Shown here: piece after piece, positions 40,571 through 49,940 of the stretch
Numbering within the stretch: position 1 is the stretch's first letter
Layout: every line of letters starts with the position of its first letter
NCBI GenBank assembly: GCA_963692915.1
Contig: OY843584.1
Coordinates: 576,001-640,000, forward strand
Length of the DNA: 64,000 bases
Direction: 5' to 3'
Origin: Cenarchaeum sp.
GTDB taxonomy: Archaea > Thermoproteota > Nitrososphaeria > Nitrososphaerales > Nitrosopumilaceae
Translations under genes and position numbers: made by a program
The notes under the pieces: generated by a model
Seen by the model: the letters and a program-made list of their open reading frames with translations, nothing else
Database searches by the model: none
Told to the model about the DNA's origin: nothing

Positions 40571-41680
40571 TCATCTAGTGCCCTCTCCTGACTGTTTCTT
40601 GCTTGTTTGCCACTCCATCACGGTGTTGAACCTGACGCCCCATGGGACATCCGGAGCTCCAGACGGCGGCGGTGCAACAAGGTCAAAGTGGCGCCTGACC
40701 CTAATCTCAGAGTCCGTGCAGTGCAGCACTGAGGGCCCGTGGACAAACACGGGACCCTGGGCAGACGACGTGGCAAACGCGCAGTCAGCCGGCAGCGTAA
40801 AGGCGTACAGGAACGTGATGCCGTTCCGGCGCACCATGTTCCGATAGTACGGACGCTCGTCTGTCCACTCGAGCGTTTCCGGATTGCGGCCAAAGAGAAC
40901 CATGTACACGCCATAGTCCACAAAGACTGTGTCAAGCTGCACGTCGACAGGACGCGAACGGTTTAGCGTGCTTACAAAGTCTTCGAGATCGACTAGCGTA
41001 GAGTCCCAGTGGTAGGTAAACGTCTCATCGCCGTCCAGCGTCTTGAGCTGCTCAAGGCACATGGCCTCCTCGCGCTCCCATATGTGTTCAGTCTTCTCGT
41101 CAAAAAAGTCATAGTTGCCGAGGCGCATAAACTCGGCCCTCTTGACATCACGATCAAGGTGTCGCATGCGCGATATTTTTGTGAGCCTCTTGTCGCACGT
41201 GACTGTCCCGTTGTTGCCTGACGGAACTAGAAATTCGGCGCACTCCACACCGGGGCGCATGCGAAGAATCCTAAATCCGGCGGCAAGCGTGGCACACGGC
41301 ACATTGCCCCCAGGATCCATAACGCGTGTGTCGGGGAGCTGCGGCAGGTCTGTGGAGTCTAGATGCCGGTCAAGCTGTAGCATAGCCTGGCCCGGCGAGC
41401 CGGACTGGTGGACGGATGCGGCCCTGGAATAGGTGATCCGGCCATCGGGGTCGGTCTCGACTGTGGAGCCGGGCTCAAACGCGCAGTACGGGGCGCCGTC
41501 CGCGCAAAACCCCCTCAAGTCGGGGCGTTGGGAGCACGTCGGGGGCGTTTTGGCGTTGCGCTTCTGCGACTCATCGTGGCAACCGCAATGCCTAGAAAGG
41601 AGATCCACTGCCCTGCTCAGCGCGGTCTGGTCCGCATAAGAATAGTGTTCACCATACACATGATGGACGTCGTTTTTCAC
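40571..41680 (-). CDS. Hypothetical protein, possible HK97 capsid/encapsulin-like fold
   Basis: 369-aa ORF with ATTATATA box upstream; motif spacing resembles HK97 P/A domains (see findings). Confidence 0.6.
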   Translation of the reverse strand: MKNDVHHVYGEHYSYADQTALSRAVDLLSRHCGCHDESQKRNAKTPPTCSQRPDLRGFCADGAPYCAFEPGSTVETDPDGRITYSRAASVHQSGSPGQAMLQLDRHLDSTDLPQLPDTRVMDPGGNVPCATLAAGFRILRMRPGVECAEFLVPSGNNGTVTCDKRLTKISRMRHLDRDVKRAEFMRLGNYDFFDEKTEHIWEREEAMCLEQLKTLDGDETFTYHWDSTLVDLEDFVSTLNRSRPVDVQLDTVFVDYGVYMVLFGRNPETLEWTDERPYYRNMVRRNGITFLYAFTLPADCAFATSSAQGPVFVHGPSVLHCTDSEIRVRRHFDLVAPPPSGAPDVPWGVRFNTVMEWQTSKKQSGEGTR

Positions 41681-41974
41681 GCGCAGGATTTATGTGCCGT
41701 ATATAATAATGTGGTGGCGTGGTGCAGTCGTGGAGTCGGGGTTTGGCTCCGTGCGGCAGAGGAGGCCATGGCATCACCTGCCGGTTCGTTACCATGGCGG
41801 AGCCGGGAGTCGGGGCATGACGTGGCCGGACTCTGCCACGCCATCCCATGTGCCCCTGGCTCGAAGTGCCATGGGAAGGAGCGTGGCAGGAGAGGCCATG
41901 CGCGCGGTCCGGTTCTGACTTTACGCGCCGGGTGCCAGCCAACACTTAAATCATAAAAGTCGCGCCTCGCACGC

Positions 41975-42256
41975 ATGCTCAACGGGGGCATTCCGATGTT
42001 CATCCAGGGTCAGGAGTGGATAATCATAGTCATTATCGCAGCAATTCTCATATTCGGCGCCAAAAAGATTCCAGAGCTTGCAAAGACGCTTGGCCGCTCG
42101 CGAGGCGAGTTTGAAAAGGGCAAGATGGAAGGCGAGCGCGAGCTCGCCGAGTTCAAGGACGGCAAGCCCACAGGCGGGGACGCCGGTGATGCGCCAAGTG
42201 CCAGGGATGACAAGCCAAAGGCGGACACCACAGACGATCCGGTCGCAAAGCCCTAG
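41975..42256 (+). CDS. tatA: Twin-arginine translocase TatA
   Basis: GQEW...LIFGAKKIPELAKTLGRSRGEF. Confidence 0.93.
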   Translation: MLNGGIPMFIQGQEWIIIVIIAAILIFGAKKIPELAKTLGRSRGEFEKGKMEGERELAEFKDGKPTGGDAGDAPSARDDKPKADTTDDPVAKP

Positions 42257-42681
42257 GACTCAGCCGCGCGCGCAATTTCTGCTGCAAGGCCGGCAACCCA
42301 CGCATTGGCCGCACCGCTCTTGACCATTCGCGGTATGCCAAGCGGCCAGGAGCGCCTAATGTCTGCCCTGATCGTCAGCATCGTCGACTCGCCGTCCTCC
42401 TCGTACGTCTCGACGATGGTGGTCCCGCGCCCGTCACCGCCTATTATGGCGATCTCATGAAGCCGTGGGGCGTCTTCTGTGTGTCGCGCCATGACGCTCC
42501 ACTCCGAGCCCGCAACTGACATGCGCGCCTGGACCACGGCGACGTTGCCTCGGCGCGAACGCGTGCGCGACATGGAATAGTGGGCAGGCAGCGTCTCGTG
42601 CAGCGAGTCATATGCGGTCGCGACGCCAAACGTGCGCACAGCGCTAGCATGCACGACAACTGATGCGGCGCACTCTGTCAA
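42253..42681 (-). CDS. SRPBCC/START-like hypothetical protein
   Basis: Beta-rich pattern with C-terminal helix. Confidence 0.55.
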   Translation of the reverse strand: MTECAASVVVHASAVRTFGVATAYDSLHETLPAHYSMSRTRSRRGNVAVVQARMSVAGSEWSVMARHTEDAPRLHEIAIIGGDGRGTTIVETYEEDGESTMLTIRADIRRSWPLGIPRMVKSGAANAWVAGLAAEIARAAES

Positions 42682-43235
42682 CCCTCGCCCCAGCGCCTGT
42701 ACAGCCCATGGTCGATTGAAAACTGGTCAAGGCACTTGCCCACGCCATGGTCGACGATATCCTCGACTGTCCTTGGCGCCGTGTAGAACTCGGTCACGGG
42801 CGGCAAGATAACCACGCCGATTCGCGCTAGCCTTAGCATGTTCTCCAGGTGTATCGCCGAGAGCGGCGTCTCGCGCGCAAGGAGGACAAGCCTGCGCGAC
42901 TCTTTTATCGTGACTCCGGCCGCGCGCGCCACGAGCGTCTCGTCATACCCGTGCGAGATCGCCGCAAGCGTCTTCATGCTGCACGGCGCGACTATCATGC
43001 CGTCTGAGCGGCTCGTCCCGCTAGATATGCTAGCGGCCATGTTCGAGTCATCAGAGACCTCTGTGGCAAGCGACGCGACGTCTGCTGCCGTGCGGTCAGT
43101 CTCCATGGCGATGCACTTTTTTGCCCATTCGGTCATGATGAGATGGGTCTTGACGCCTAGCTTGCCAAGAACCTCCAGCGCGCGTATGCCGTATATGACC
43201 CCCGTGCTGCCGGTGATCCCCACTGTGATCCTCAT
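42678..43235 (-). CDS. ubiX: Flavin prenyltransferase
   Basis: VGITGSTG, ISSG, APCSMKTL, RETPL. Confidence 0.95.
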   Translation of the reverse strand: MRITVGITGSTGVIYGIRALEVLGKLGVKTHLIMTEWAKKCIAMETDRTAADVASLATEVSDDSNMAASISSGTSRSDGMIVAPCSMKTLAAISHGYDETLVARAAGVTIKESRRLVLLARETPLSAIHLENMLRLARIGVVILPPVTEFYTAPRTVEDIVDHGVGKCLDQFSIDHGLYRRWGEG

Positions 43236-43293
43236 GCGAGGCATTGGCAGTTGCGGGTATTTTATCGCTTTGTGGGCCACCAGGCGCACCGGC

Positions 43294-43437
43294 TCACGCG
43301 CCGGCTGGCGCGTGGCCCCCTCGCGCGGCGTCCTCCCTCTCGGCACGGCGCCGGCGCCAGAGCATTACGGAGCCGCATATCACCATCGCGCCCAAAAGCA
43401 GCACGCCTAGCATGACGAGCTCAAAGCTGTACAGCAC
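43294..43437 (-). CDS. Small single-TM protein (47 aa)
   Basis: GTG start MLYSFELVMLGVLLLGAMVICGSVMLWRRRR; TTTAT upstream. Confidence 0.5.
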   Translation of the reverse strand: MLYSFELVMLGVLLLGAMVICGSVMLWRRRRAEREDAARGGHAPAGA

Positions 43438-43561
43438 GAGATGCGTCGCTGTGGCCCAGACCGATAAACCTTCGCCGGATCGCAGCGGCGCGCGGGGCAG
43501 CCTTGCGCCATGCGCGCCACGGGCCATAGCTATATTAGATGCGCCGCGCCGACGGTCCGGC

Positions 43562-44650
43562 GTGATACCACGAGCGCAGATGCAGCGCATCGCCGACTCG
43601 TACGGCGAGCCCAGGGTCGGCGTCATGGGCAGCCATTCGGCACTAGAGGTCATGGACGGCGCAAGGGACGAGGGTCTAGGAACCGTGGTTTATTGCCAAA
43701 GGGGGCGCGATTCCCCATACAGGCGCTTTTCGCGGATCGCCGATGAGATCATCACGCTGCGGCGCTTTGCGGACATGGCGTCTGCGCGCGCGCAGGCCTC
43801 CATGCGCGACACGTCGACAATAGTCGTGCCGCACAGGTCCTTTGCGGTCTATTTGGGGTATGCGCGCATCGAGAACTCGTTTCGCGTGCCGCTCTTTGGA
43901 AATCGCGCAATGCTGCGCGCCGAGGAGCGCGATGAGCGCAAGAACCAGTATGACCTGCTCAAAAAGGCCGGAATCAGGCACCCGCGTGTGGTAAAGCCAA
44001 GAGACATTAGCGGACCGTGCATCGTAAAGGTCCAAGAGGGCGCGCGCCGCCTCGAGCGCGCGTTCTTTACGGTGACGTCAAGGGAAGACTATGAGGCAAA
44101 GGCCGACGAGCGCATAAGGCGAAAGATCATAACAAAAAAAGGCCTCGAGCGCGCCGCAATAGAAGAGTTTGCGATTGGAACATACATGAACTTTAACTTT
44201 TTTTCCTCGCCGCTCACCCCTGAGGCCGAGTTTCTCGGCGTCGAGAGGCGCCTCCAGTCAAACCTGTACGACTTTAACTCGCTGCCCGCACGCCAGCAGC
44301 TAGAGATGGACATAGACCTGCAGAACGTCGAGGTTGGCCACACGCCGGCCAGCGTGCGCGAGTCGCTCCTTGAAAAGGTCATCGACATCGGTGATCGGTT
44401 TGTGCGCGCAGCGCGCCAAATGTACAGTCCCGGCGTAATCGGGCCGTTCTCGCTCCAGTCCGTGATCACAAAGGACCTCGAGCTCGTCGTGTACGACGTC
44501 TCGATGCGCGTGCCGGGCAACCCAATACTGGCGACTACTAGCCCCTACACAAAGTACACGCACGGCGCTGTCATCGGCGTGGGCAGGAGAATAGCCATGG
44601 AGATAGCGCACGCGCGCGACTCTGGCCGCCTTGCGGACATTGTCACCTAG
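43562..44650 (+). CDS. purP: PurP-family ATP-grasp FAICAR synthetase
   Basis: GSHSALE, VPHRSF, FGNR, EVGH, RESLLE, GPFSLQ, GRRIA. Confidence 0.92.
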   Translation: MIPRAQMQRIADSYGEPRVGVMGSHSALEVMDGARDEGLGTVVYCQRGRDSPYRRFSRIADEIITLRRFADMASARAQASMRDTSTIVVPHRSFAVYLGYARIENSFRVPLFGNRAMLRAEERDERKNQYDLLKKAGIRHPRVVKPRDISGPCIVKVQEGARRLERAFFTVTSREDYEAKADERIRRKIITKKGLERAAIEEFAIGTYMNFNFFSSPLTPEAEFLGVERRLQSNLYDFNSLPARQQLEMDIDLQNVEVGHTPASVRESLLEKVIDIGDRFVRAARQMYSPGVIGPFSLQSVITKDLELVVYDVSMRVPGNPILATTSPYTKYTHGAVIGVGRRIAMEIAHARDSGRLADIVT

Positions 44651-45072
44651 GCCTCAACGCTGGCCTTTAGGAGCGAGCGTCTCACGAGTATCGGAATGTT
44701 GTAGAATGCCGCAAGGGCCAGCGCGTCAGACGCCCTATAGTTGCGCAGGACCATGTCGCCGTCCCTGCCCGTAAAGTAGAGGTTTGCGCGCAAGACCTCG
44801 TTGCTGTCATAGACCTTGACCTTGACTAGCACAAGGCCATTGTGCTCGCAGACCTCCTCGATCATGCGATAGACCGTCGGAATGTCATCGCGCGAGTCCC
44901 CAAGAAACCTCATGATGTATCCGGCGACCTCGCCGGAGAATGACCTGATGTGGAACTGCTTGCCTGATTCGGACTTTAGTATCACTATGCCCTCTAGGCC
45001 ATATGGGTCAACATACCCAACGTGGCCTATCCGGACAGTCTCATAGTCAGGCTCGCTTTGCGCTATGTCCAT
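44647..45072 (-). CDS. Bifunctional nuclease (DUF151) family protein
   Basis: PTVY...RASDALALA..IPI. Confidence 0.85.
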   Translation of the reverse strand: MDIAQSEPDYETVRIGHVGYVDPYGLEGIVILKSESGKQFHIRSFSGEVAGYIMRFLGDSRDDIPTVYRMIEEVCEHNGLVLVKVKVYDSNEVLRANLYFTGRDGDMVLRNYRASDALALAAFYNIPILVRRSLLKASVEA

Positions 45073-45168
45073 CGGCAATCGCAACACGCGTGCCGCGCGC
45101 GCCCCTTATAAGCACGCCGACGTGGCACTAGTCAGTTAAAATATCATTGCGCGCACGGGAGCCTGAAA

Positions 45169-46986
45169 ATGTCCGCAGCGCCGGAGCGATCCGTGTCATA
45201 TGTCCTCTCAAAGCCCGTCTCGGCATACATGGGCCGTGACGTCCTCATGCTCGGCGAGGGCACCCTCACGCGCGAGGCCGCACACACGCTCCAGCGCTAC
45301 GAGCGCGATGACATTATCGTCACCGGTCCGGACGGCAAGCCCGTCGGGATTGTGACAGACCAGGACATACTCAGCAAGGTCGGCGACATTACGGTCTATG
45401 CCGAGGCGACCACGCTCCATGACATCATGAGCTCGCCCCTCCACACGATAGGCCATGACGCGACACTGCGCGAGGCCCTTACGATAATGAAGTCCAACGG
45501 AATCAGAAAGCTGCCCGTCGTCTCGCGCAAGGGCGACGTCATTGGCATCATACTCCAGGTGACCATCGCAAACGTCATACGCGACTCAGTCACGCGCGCG
45601 CCGCGCCTGCTCAGCCCCCCGATAAAGGCGATTCTTGGCAACCTCGGCTTTGTCCTCCAGTTCGCCGGCGTCCTCATACTCGTGCCCGCAATAGTCTCGA
45701 CAGTCCTGCGCGAGTTTGAGACTGCCACGGGCATATACCTGACTACTGTCCTTCTCCTAGTGACGGGGTTCTTTCTAAACTCGTATGGTGAAAAGGCCAG
45801 CCTAAACCTGCGGCAGGCCTCGATACTCGTTTTCGCAAGCCTGTTCATACTCACGCTCTTTGGGACGATACCGTATCTCTATGTGTCGCAGTTTGGCGAC
45901 ATTCCGCCAGTTGAAAACTTTGCGAGCAGCTTTTTCTCCAGCGCTGCGGGTTTCACGACAGGGGGCATCTCGATATTTGAGACGCCCGAGACGCTCACAA
46001 AGTCGTTCATATTCTACAGGAGCTTTACGCAGCTCGTGGGCGGCATGAGCTTTATCTATCTCGTGATAACTGCATTCTATCCCGAGGGTAAGCTCCAGTC
46101 GATGCGCGGGTTTATCTCGGGCAGGACGCTTCACCTTCGCGAGCTCTTTGGCACAATCGCCGTCATATTTGGGCTCTATATCACCATAGTCGCCGCCCTC
46201 CTCTATGCCTTTGGCGGTAGCGACATACTGGACAACTTTGCGCTCGCGATGAGCACGGTGTCAACTGGCGGGTTTGTCCCCTCGTCTGGCATGATCGCCG
46301 GCCTTGCGTGGCAGTCCGAGATCGTCCTGATGGCCGCAATGATCCTCGGCGCGCTGCCGTTCACGTTTCACTATGCCTTTGTCAGCAAAAAGTTCCTCTC
46401 CCCAAAGCTCGGCAAGGAGGTCATGGCATACTTTGCCCTCCTCGGCGGCGCATCGCTCCTCTTTGTCGCGACGAGCGGCATGGGCGTCCTAGAGTCCGTC
46501 TTTTACACGGTGTCGGCAAGCACGACTGCCGGCCTCCAGTACGAGTCGCTCTCGGGCACGAACGCAGTCTCGCATGCCATACTCACAACGCTCATGCTCG
46601 TGGGGGGGTGCGGATTCTCCACTGCCGGAGGCGTAAAGGTCTACCGCATGATGGGCATGCGCAATGTCGCTGCCGTCATGAGGGGCAGAGCCGGCACGCT
46701 GGCCGAGGACTCTAGAAAGGAGGCATACTCGACTATCATCATACTCGCGCTGTTTCCCGCAATAGCGCTGGGTGCTGGCGCGTACCTGTCAGCCTCGACG
46801 GGGGCCGACTATGATGACGCCATCCTCGAGGCGACTGGCATCATAACGACGGGGGGCCTGTCTAGCGGCATAGTCAACGTGGACACTGATCCCGCCACAA
46901 AGGTCGTCATGAGCTTTATGATGATATTTGGCCGCCTCGAGATAATTGCGATCGTGTACATATTTGTGCCGAGGCTAGCCCATTGA
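45169..46986 (+). CDS. trkH: CBS-domain-fused TrkH-type K+ transporter
   Basis: Two CBS domains then four pore motifs (FTTGG, STGGF, TTAGL, TTGGL), STAGGVK, FGRLE. Confidence 0.88.
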   Translation: MSAAPERSVSYVLSKPVSAYMGRDVLMLGEGTLTREAAHTLQRYERDDIIVTGPDGKPVGIVTDQDILSKVGDITVYAEATTLHDIMSSPLHTIGHDATLREALTIMKSNGIRKLPVVSRKGDVIGIILQVTIANVIRDSVTRAPRLLSPPIKAILGNLGFVLQFAGVLILVPAIVSTVLREFETATGIYLTTVLLLVTGFFLNSYGEKASLNLRQASILVFASLFILTLFGTIPYLYVSQFGDIPPVENFASSFFSSAAGFTTGGISIFETPETLTKSFIFYRSFTQLVGGMSFIYLVITAFYPEGKLQSMRGFISGRTLHLRELFGTIAVIFGLYITIVAALLYAFGGSDILDNFALAMSTVSTGGFVPSSGMIAGLAWQSEIVLMAAMILGALPFTFHYAFVSKKFLSPKLGKEVMAYFALLGGASLLFVATSGMGVLESVFYTVSASTTAGLQYESLSGTNAVSHAILTTLMLVGGCGFSTAGGVKVYRMMGMRNVAAVMRGRAGTLAEDSRKEAYSTIIILALFPAIALGAGAYLSASTGADYDDAILEATGIITTGGLSSGIVNVDTDPATKVVMSFMMIFGRLEIIAIVYIFVPRLAH

Positions 46987-47774
46987 GGCCCGGCGTTCGC
47001 GTCATCGCCGTGGGGCTTGCATCCATTGCCATCCTCTTTGCGCTCTATGCGCGATACGCGACGGACGCCTCGATGATTGCGCCTGATGCACTGGAGCCGC
47101 TGCAGAGGATGGCGCACGCGTTTTACGCGCTCCTCCTCGCGGCCCTGGCGTGCGTTGCGTGGGGAATGTACACGTTTCACCGCGCAATGGCGCGCGATGG
47201 CACGAACGGGGCGCTAGCAAGGATTGCGCTTGTGACGTGGGCACGGCGCCCGCGGATGGTCTTTGTCATCACGCTTGTCGTGTATGGAACGTTCTTTTCG
47301 CTGACTTCAGGCACGCTCGTGCACCAGCCTGACGTGTCGTTCTCGTACCACTATGGGGCGCAGATCCCCTCAATCGAGGTCGCGCCGTGCTGTGATGTGC
47401 CCGGATACATGCCAAAGGCCATCATATACGTGACGGACAACGTTGGACTGCAGGTCATACCGGTGAACCTGGTCCTGCAGGTTGCAGTCTCATATCTCGT
47501 CGCGCTAAACATGTCGATTGCCTCAGTGGCGCTGTCGGCATCTCGCGCGCGACGCAGTGTTTCTGGCGTTGGCGCAATAACTGGACTGTTTGTCGCGTGT
47601 CCGACCTGCGCAGGATCTGTGGCATCGGCGGTTCTCGGGACCGCAAGCGGCATCACGCTAGCAGTGGCGCTATCGCAGGTTCAGACAGGACTGATTGCGG
47701 TATCCATACCGGTGCTTTTGGTCACGCCGCTCCTCCTTGCGCGCCGTATCCCCCGGCGCAGCGAGCAGTGCTGA
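46983..47774 (+). CDS. Hypothetical polytopic membrane protein (CC and CPTC motifs)
   Basis: 5-6 TM; overlaps trkH stop. Confidence 0.75.
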   Translation: MRPGVRVIAVGLASIAILFALYARYATDASMIAPDALEPLQRMAHAFYALLLAALACVAWGMYTFHRAMARDGTNGALARIALVTWARRPRMVFVITLVVYGTFFSLTSGTLVHQPDVSFSYHYGAQIPSIEVAPCCDVPGYMPKAIIYVTDNVGLQVIPVNLVLQVAVSYLVALNMSIASVALSASRARRSVSGVGAITGLFVACPTCAGSVASAVLGTASGITLAVALSQVQTGLIAVSIPVLLVTPLLLARRIPRRSEQC

Positions 47775-47775
47775 G

Positions 47776-48057
47776 TCAGGCTGCCGGCTTTTTTATCTCG
47801 CGCGTTTTCCTGCCACCCTCGCCGCGTGCGGTCCCAAAGCTGACAAGCATGAGCAAAAAACCGACACCGATTAGCATGCTAGCAAGTATGACCATGTTGC
47901 CGTTCTCGCGCTCGTCGAGGAGTAGCTCGGCGATCTCTGCATCAGTCATGCCCTGCCTGCCCGCAGGCGCCTCGGCTCCAAGGTATGCGACAAAGACGGT
48001 TCCGATCACGAGCATGGCCGCGCCTGCGCCCATCATGCCCATGTTTATCCTGATCAC
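47776..48057 (-). CDS. Small 2-TM hypothetical protein
   Basis: Two hydrophobic helices, basic tail; TTTAT upstream. Confidence 0.7.
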   Translation of the reverse strand: MIRINMGMMGAGAAMLVIGTVFVAYLGAEAPAGRQGMTDAEIAELLLDERENGNMVILASMLIGVGFLLMLVSFGTARGEGGRKTREIKKPAA

Positions 48058-48103
48058 AGGCGCGAGTGGACAGGTGGATAAATTTAGGGTTTTGGCGCGC
48101 GGC

Positions 48104-48427
48104 GGCCATGTCCACGAATAGGCGGGGACAGCAGATCCTGGGAATGGCATGGCGCGAAATTCCGGCCCCTGGCGGCCCCGGATCCCACCCTAGGATCAAG
48201 GCCGTGCTGCCCCGGCGGGCTTGTTTCCCACGGCCCATGTCCCCTACGAATCGCCTTCATGTACAGCGACACGAGGATGGCAAAGACCGCCCCCGGGCCT
48301 GCACTTTCCCTGTTCCTTGCAGTCATTGCGGGAAATGCCGGCGCGCCAATCTAAGGGCGTTTGAGTTGGCCTACTCTTGATCTAAAAGCTTTGCTGTACT
48401 TTTGCGAGATCATTCATGGACAAAGCC
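48104..48427. mobile_element. MITE/IS remnant copy A (324 bp), IS5/IS903-like TIRs
   Basis: Left end GGCCATGTCCACGAAT; right end ATTCATGGACAAAGCC (rc GGCTTTGTCCATGAAT); homologous to 49416..49940. Confidence 0.75.
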
Positions 48428-48553
48428 AAATTTATGATTGTGGTTGTATATGATAATCGATGTCTATTTATCTGGGTATGGTGCACGATGGCGATGTTGT
48501 CTTCGCGTAGCACTTTAGCACAAGATAGGTCGTCCCCTGTGCCACCTGCCAAT

Positions 48554-49300
48554 ATGTCACGGAACCAAGGAACTACACTTTTTATGTTTGGCGACAGTTC
48601 AGGAGATTCGTCAAGATCTGCCAAATCACTCAACATGTCACCATATTATATAATATGTACAGTCATACTTGATTCCGTGGAGCTAATTAGGATTAACTCT
48701 CTTATGATCAAGCTTAAAAAAATGCATTTTGCTGGTCGTAATCCACTACGCGTTGAGCTTCACGGAAGCTTACTACGCCAAATGCTAAGCTCGTTCACTC
48801 ATGATAAATCCGCCACAGATAAAAAATTTGACGCCATCTTTACAGATATTGTCAATATTGCGTGTGGAACTAATGCCAAAATTCATGTCACTGTGACAAA
48901 TAAATCTTCACTAGAGCATAAATATAACCATGTCTACATTGAAACTAGTGCTTGGTCTAAACTAGCCTTGTTGTTTGGGCACGTGCTTAGAACACAACCA
49001 TGCCCGACTGTTGGAATAATTATTCTTGACAAATATGATCCCGGCACTGCCGCGACCATAAATCATGCCTTGACAAAAACTCTACGTCAATTTAAAGCAA
49101 ATAATAAAAATTCAGACTTTATGGTGATGCCTAACCCACTATTTGTTGAATCGGCATCTAGCAATGTGGTTCAACTAGCCGACATGATCGCCTTTATTGT
49201 GGCTCGTCACTACAAGAGTGGCAATGACCCACAATTTGAACGGTGGTACACGCAACTAAACTCCAAGTTTGGCAGTGTCGTGAAATTCATGTCAGGATGA
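48554..49300 (+). CDS. DUF3800-family protein
   Basis: N-terminal FGDSSG, ELH, D in IILDK, C-terminal S-x-x-VQLADMIA; AT-rich; the ORF-track ATG at 48416 lies inside the TIR. Confidence 0.8.
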   Translation: MSRNQGTTLFMFGDSSGDSSRSAKSLNMSPYYIICTVILDSVELIRINSLMIKLKKMHFAGRNPLRVELHGSLLRQMLSSFTHDKSATDKKFDAIFTDIVNIACGTNAKIHVTVTNKSSLEHKYNHVYIETSAWSKLALLFGHVLRTQPCPTVGIIILDKYDPGTAATINHALTKTLRQFKANNKNSDFMVMPNPLFVESASSNVVQLADMIAFIVARHYKSGNDPQFERWYTQLNSKFGSVVKFMSG

Positions 49301-49385
49301 GCAGGTCGGGCATCCCCCCCTAAGCGGGGATGCCGAACCCTAAGCATTAGCAACTGCGTACGTCCTGCCTAGGCAGGTTCGGAAT
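49301..49385 (+). other. Structured element directly after DUF3800 stop (candidate ncRNA/terminator)
   Basis: GGCATCCCC/GGGGATGCC stem, CCGAACC/GGTTCGG stem, palindrome CCTGCCTAGGCAGG, CCCTAAGC twice. Confidence 0.5.
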
Positions 49386-49415
49386 GGATGAATATTTAAC
49401 ACTTTATTCTAATTC

Positions 49416-49940
49416 GGCTCTGTCCACGAATAGGCGCGGACAGCAGATCTAGAGAATGGCATGGCGTGAAATTCCGGCTCGGAGTCAACCAGCAGCGCAC
49501 CCCTCGCGCCCGGCCTGCCGGCCGCAACGAGCGTCCAGACCACGAACCCCGGCTCCATCCGAGCGGCGGCGCATCGGGGCGCGGATCGTGACGGAGCCCT
49601 TGAGGCCCGGCGACCTGTGACATGGTGCGGGCGCTCCTGCAGGTAGTCGCGCCGCCGTACGTCAGTCAGTACATGGGCCTTGACGCGATGCACAGTGACA
49701 TGCCCACGGGATCATGGCCGTGCTGCCCCAGCGGGCTTGTTTCCCACGGCCCATGTCCCCTACGAATCGCCTTCATGTACAGCTACACGAGGATGGCAAA
49801 GACCGCCCTCGGGCTCGCGCTTCATGTTCCTTGCAGTCATTGCGGAGAGGCCAGCGCGCTGATCTAAGGGCGTTTGAGTTGGCCTGCTCTTGATCTAAAA
49901 GCTTTGCTGTACTTTTGCGGGATCATTCATGGACAAAGCT
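49416..49940. mobile_element. MITE/IS remnant copy B (525 bp) with extra internal transposase-like segment
   Basis: Ends GGCTCTGTCCACGAAT...ATTCATGGACAAAGCT; minus-strand fragment VKAHVLTDV...HVTG resembles IS5 DDE K-x-H-x-x-x-D. Confidence 0.75.
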
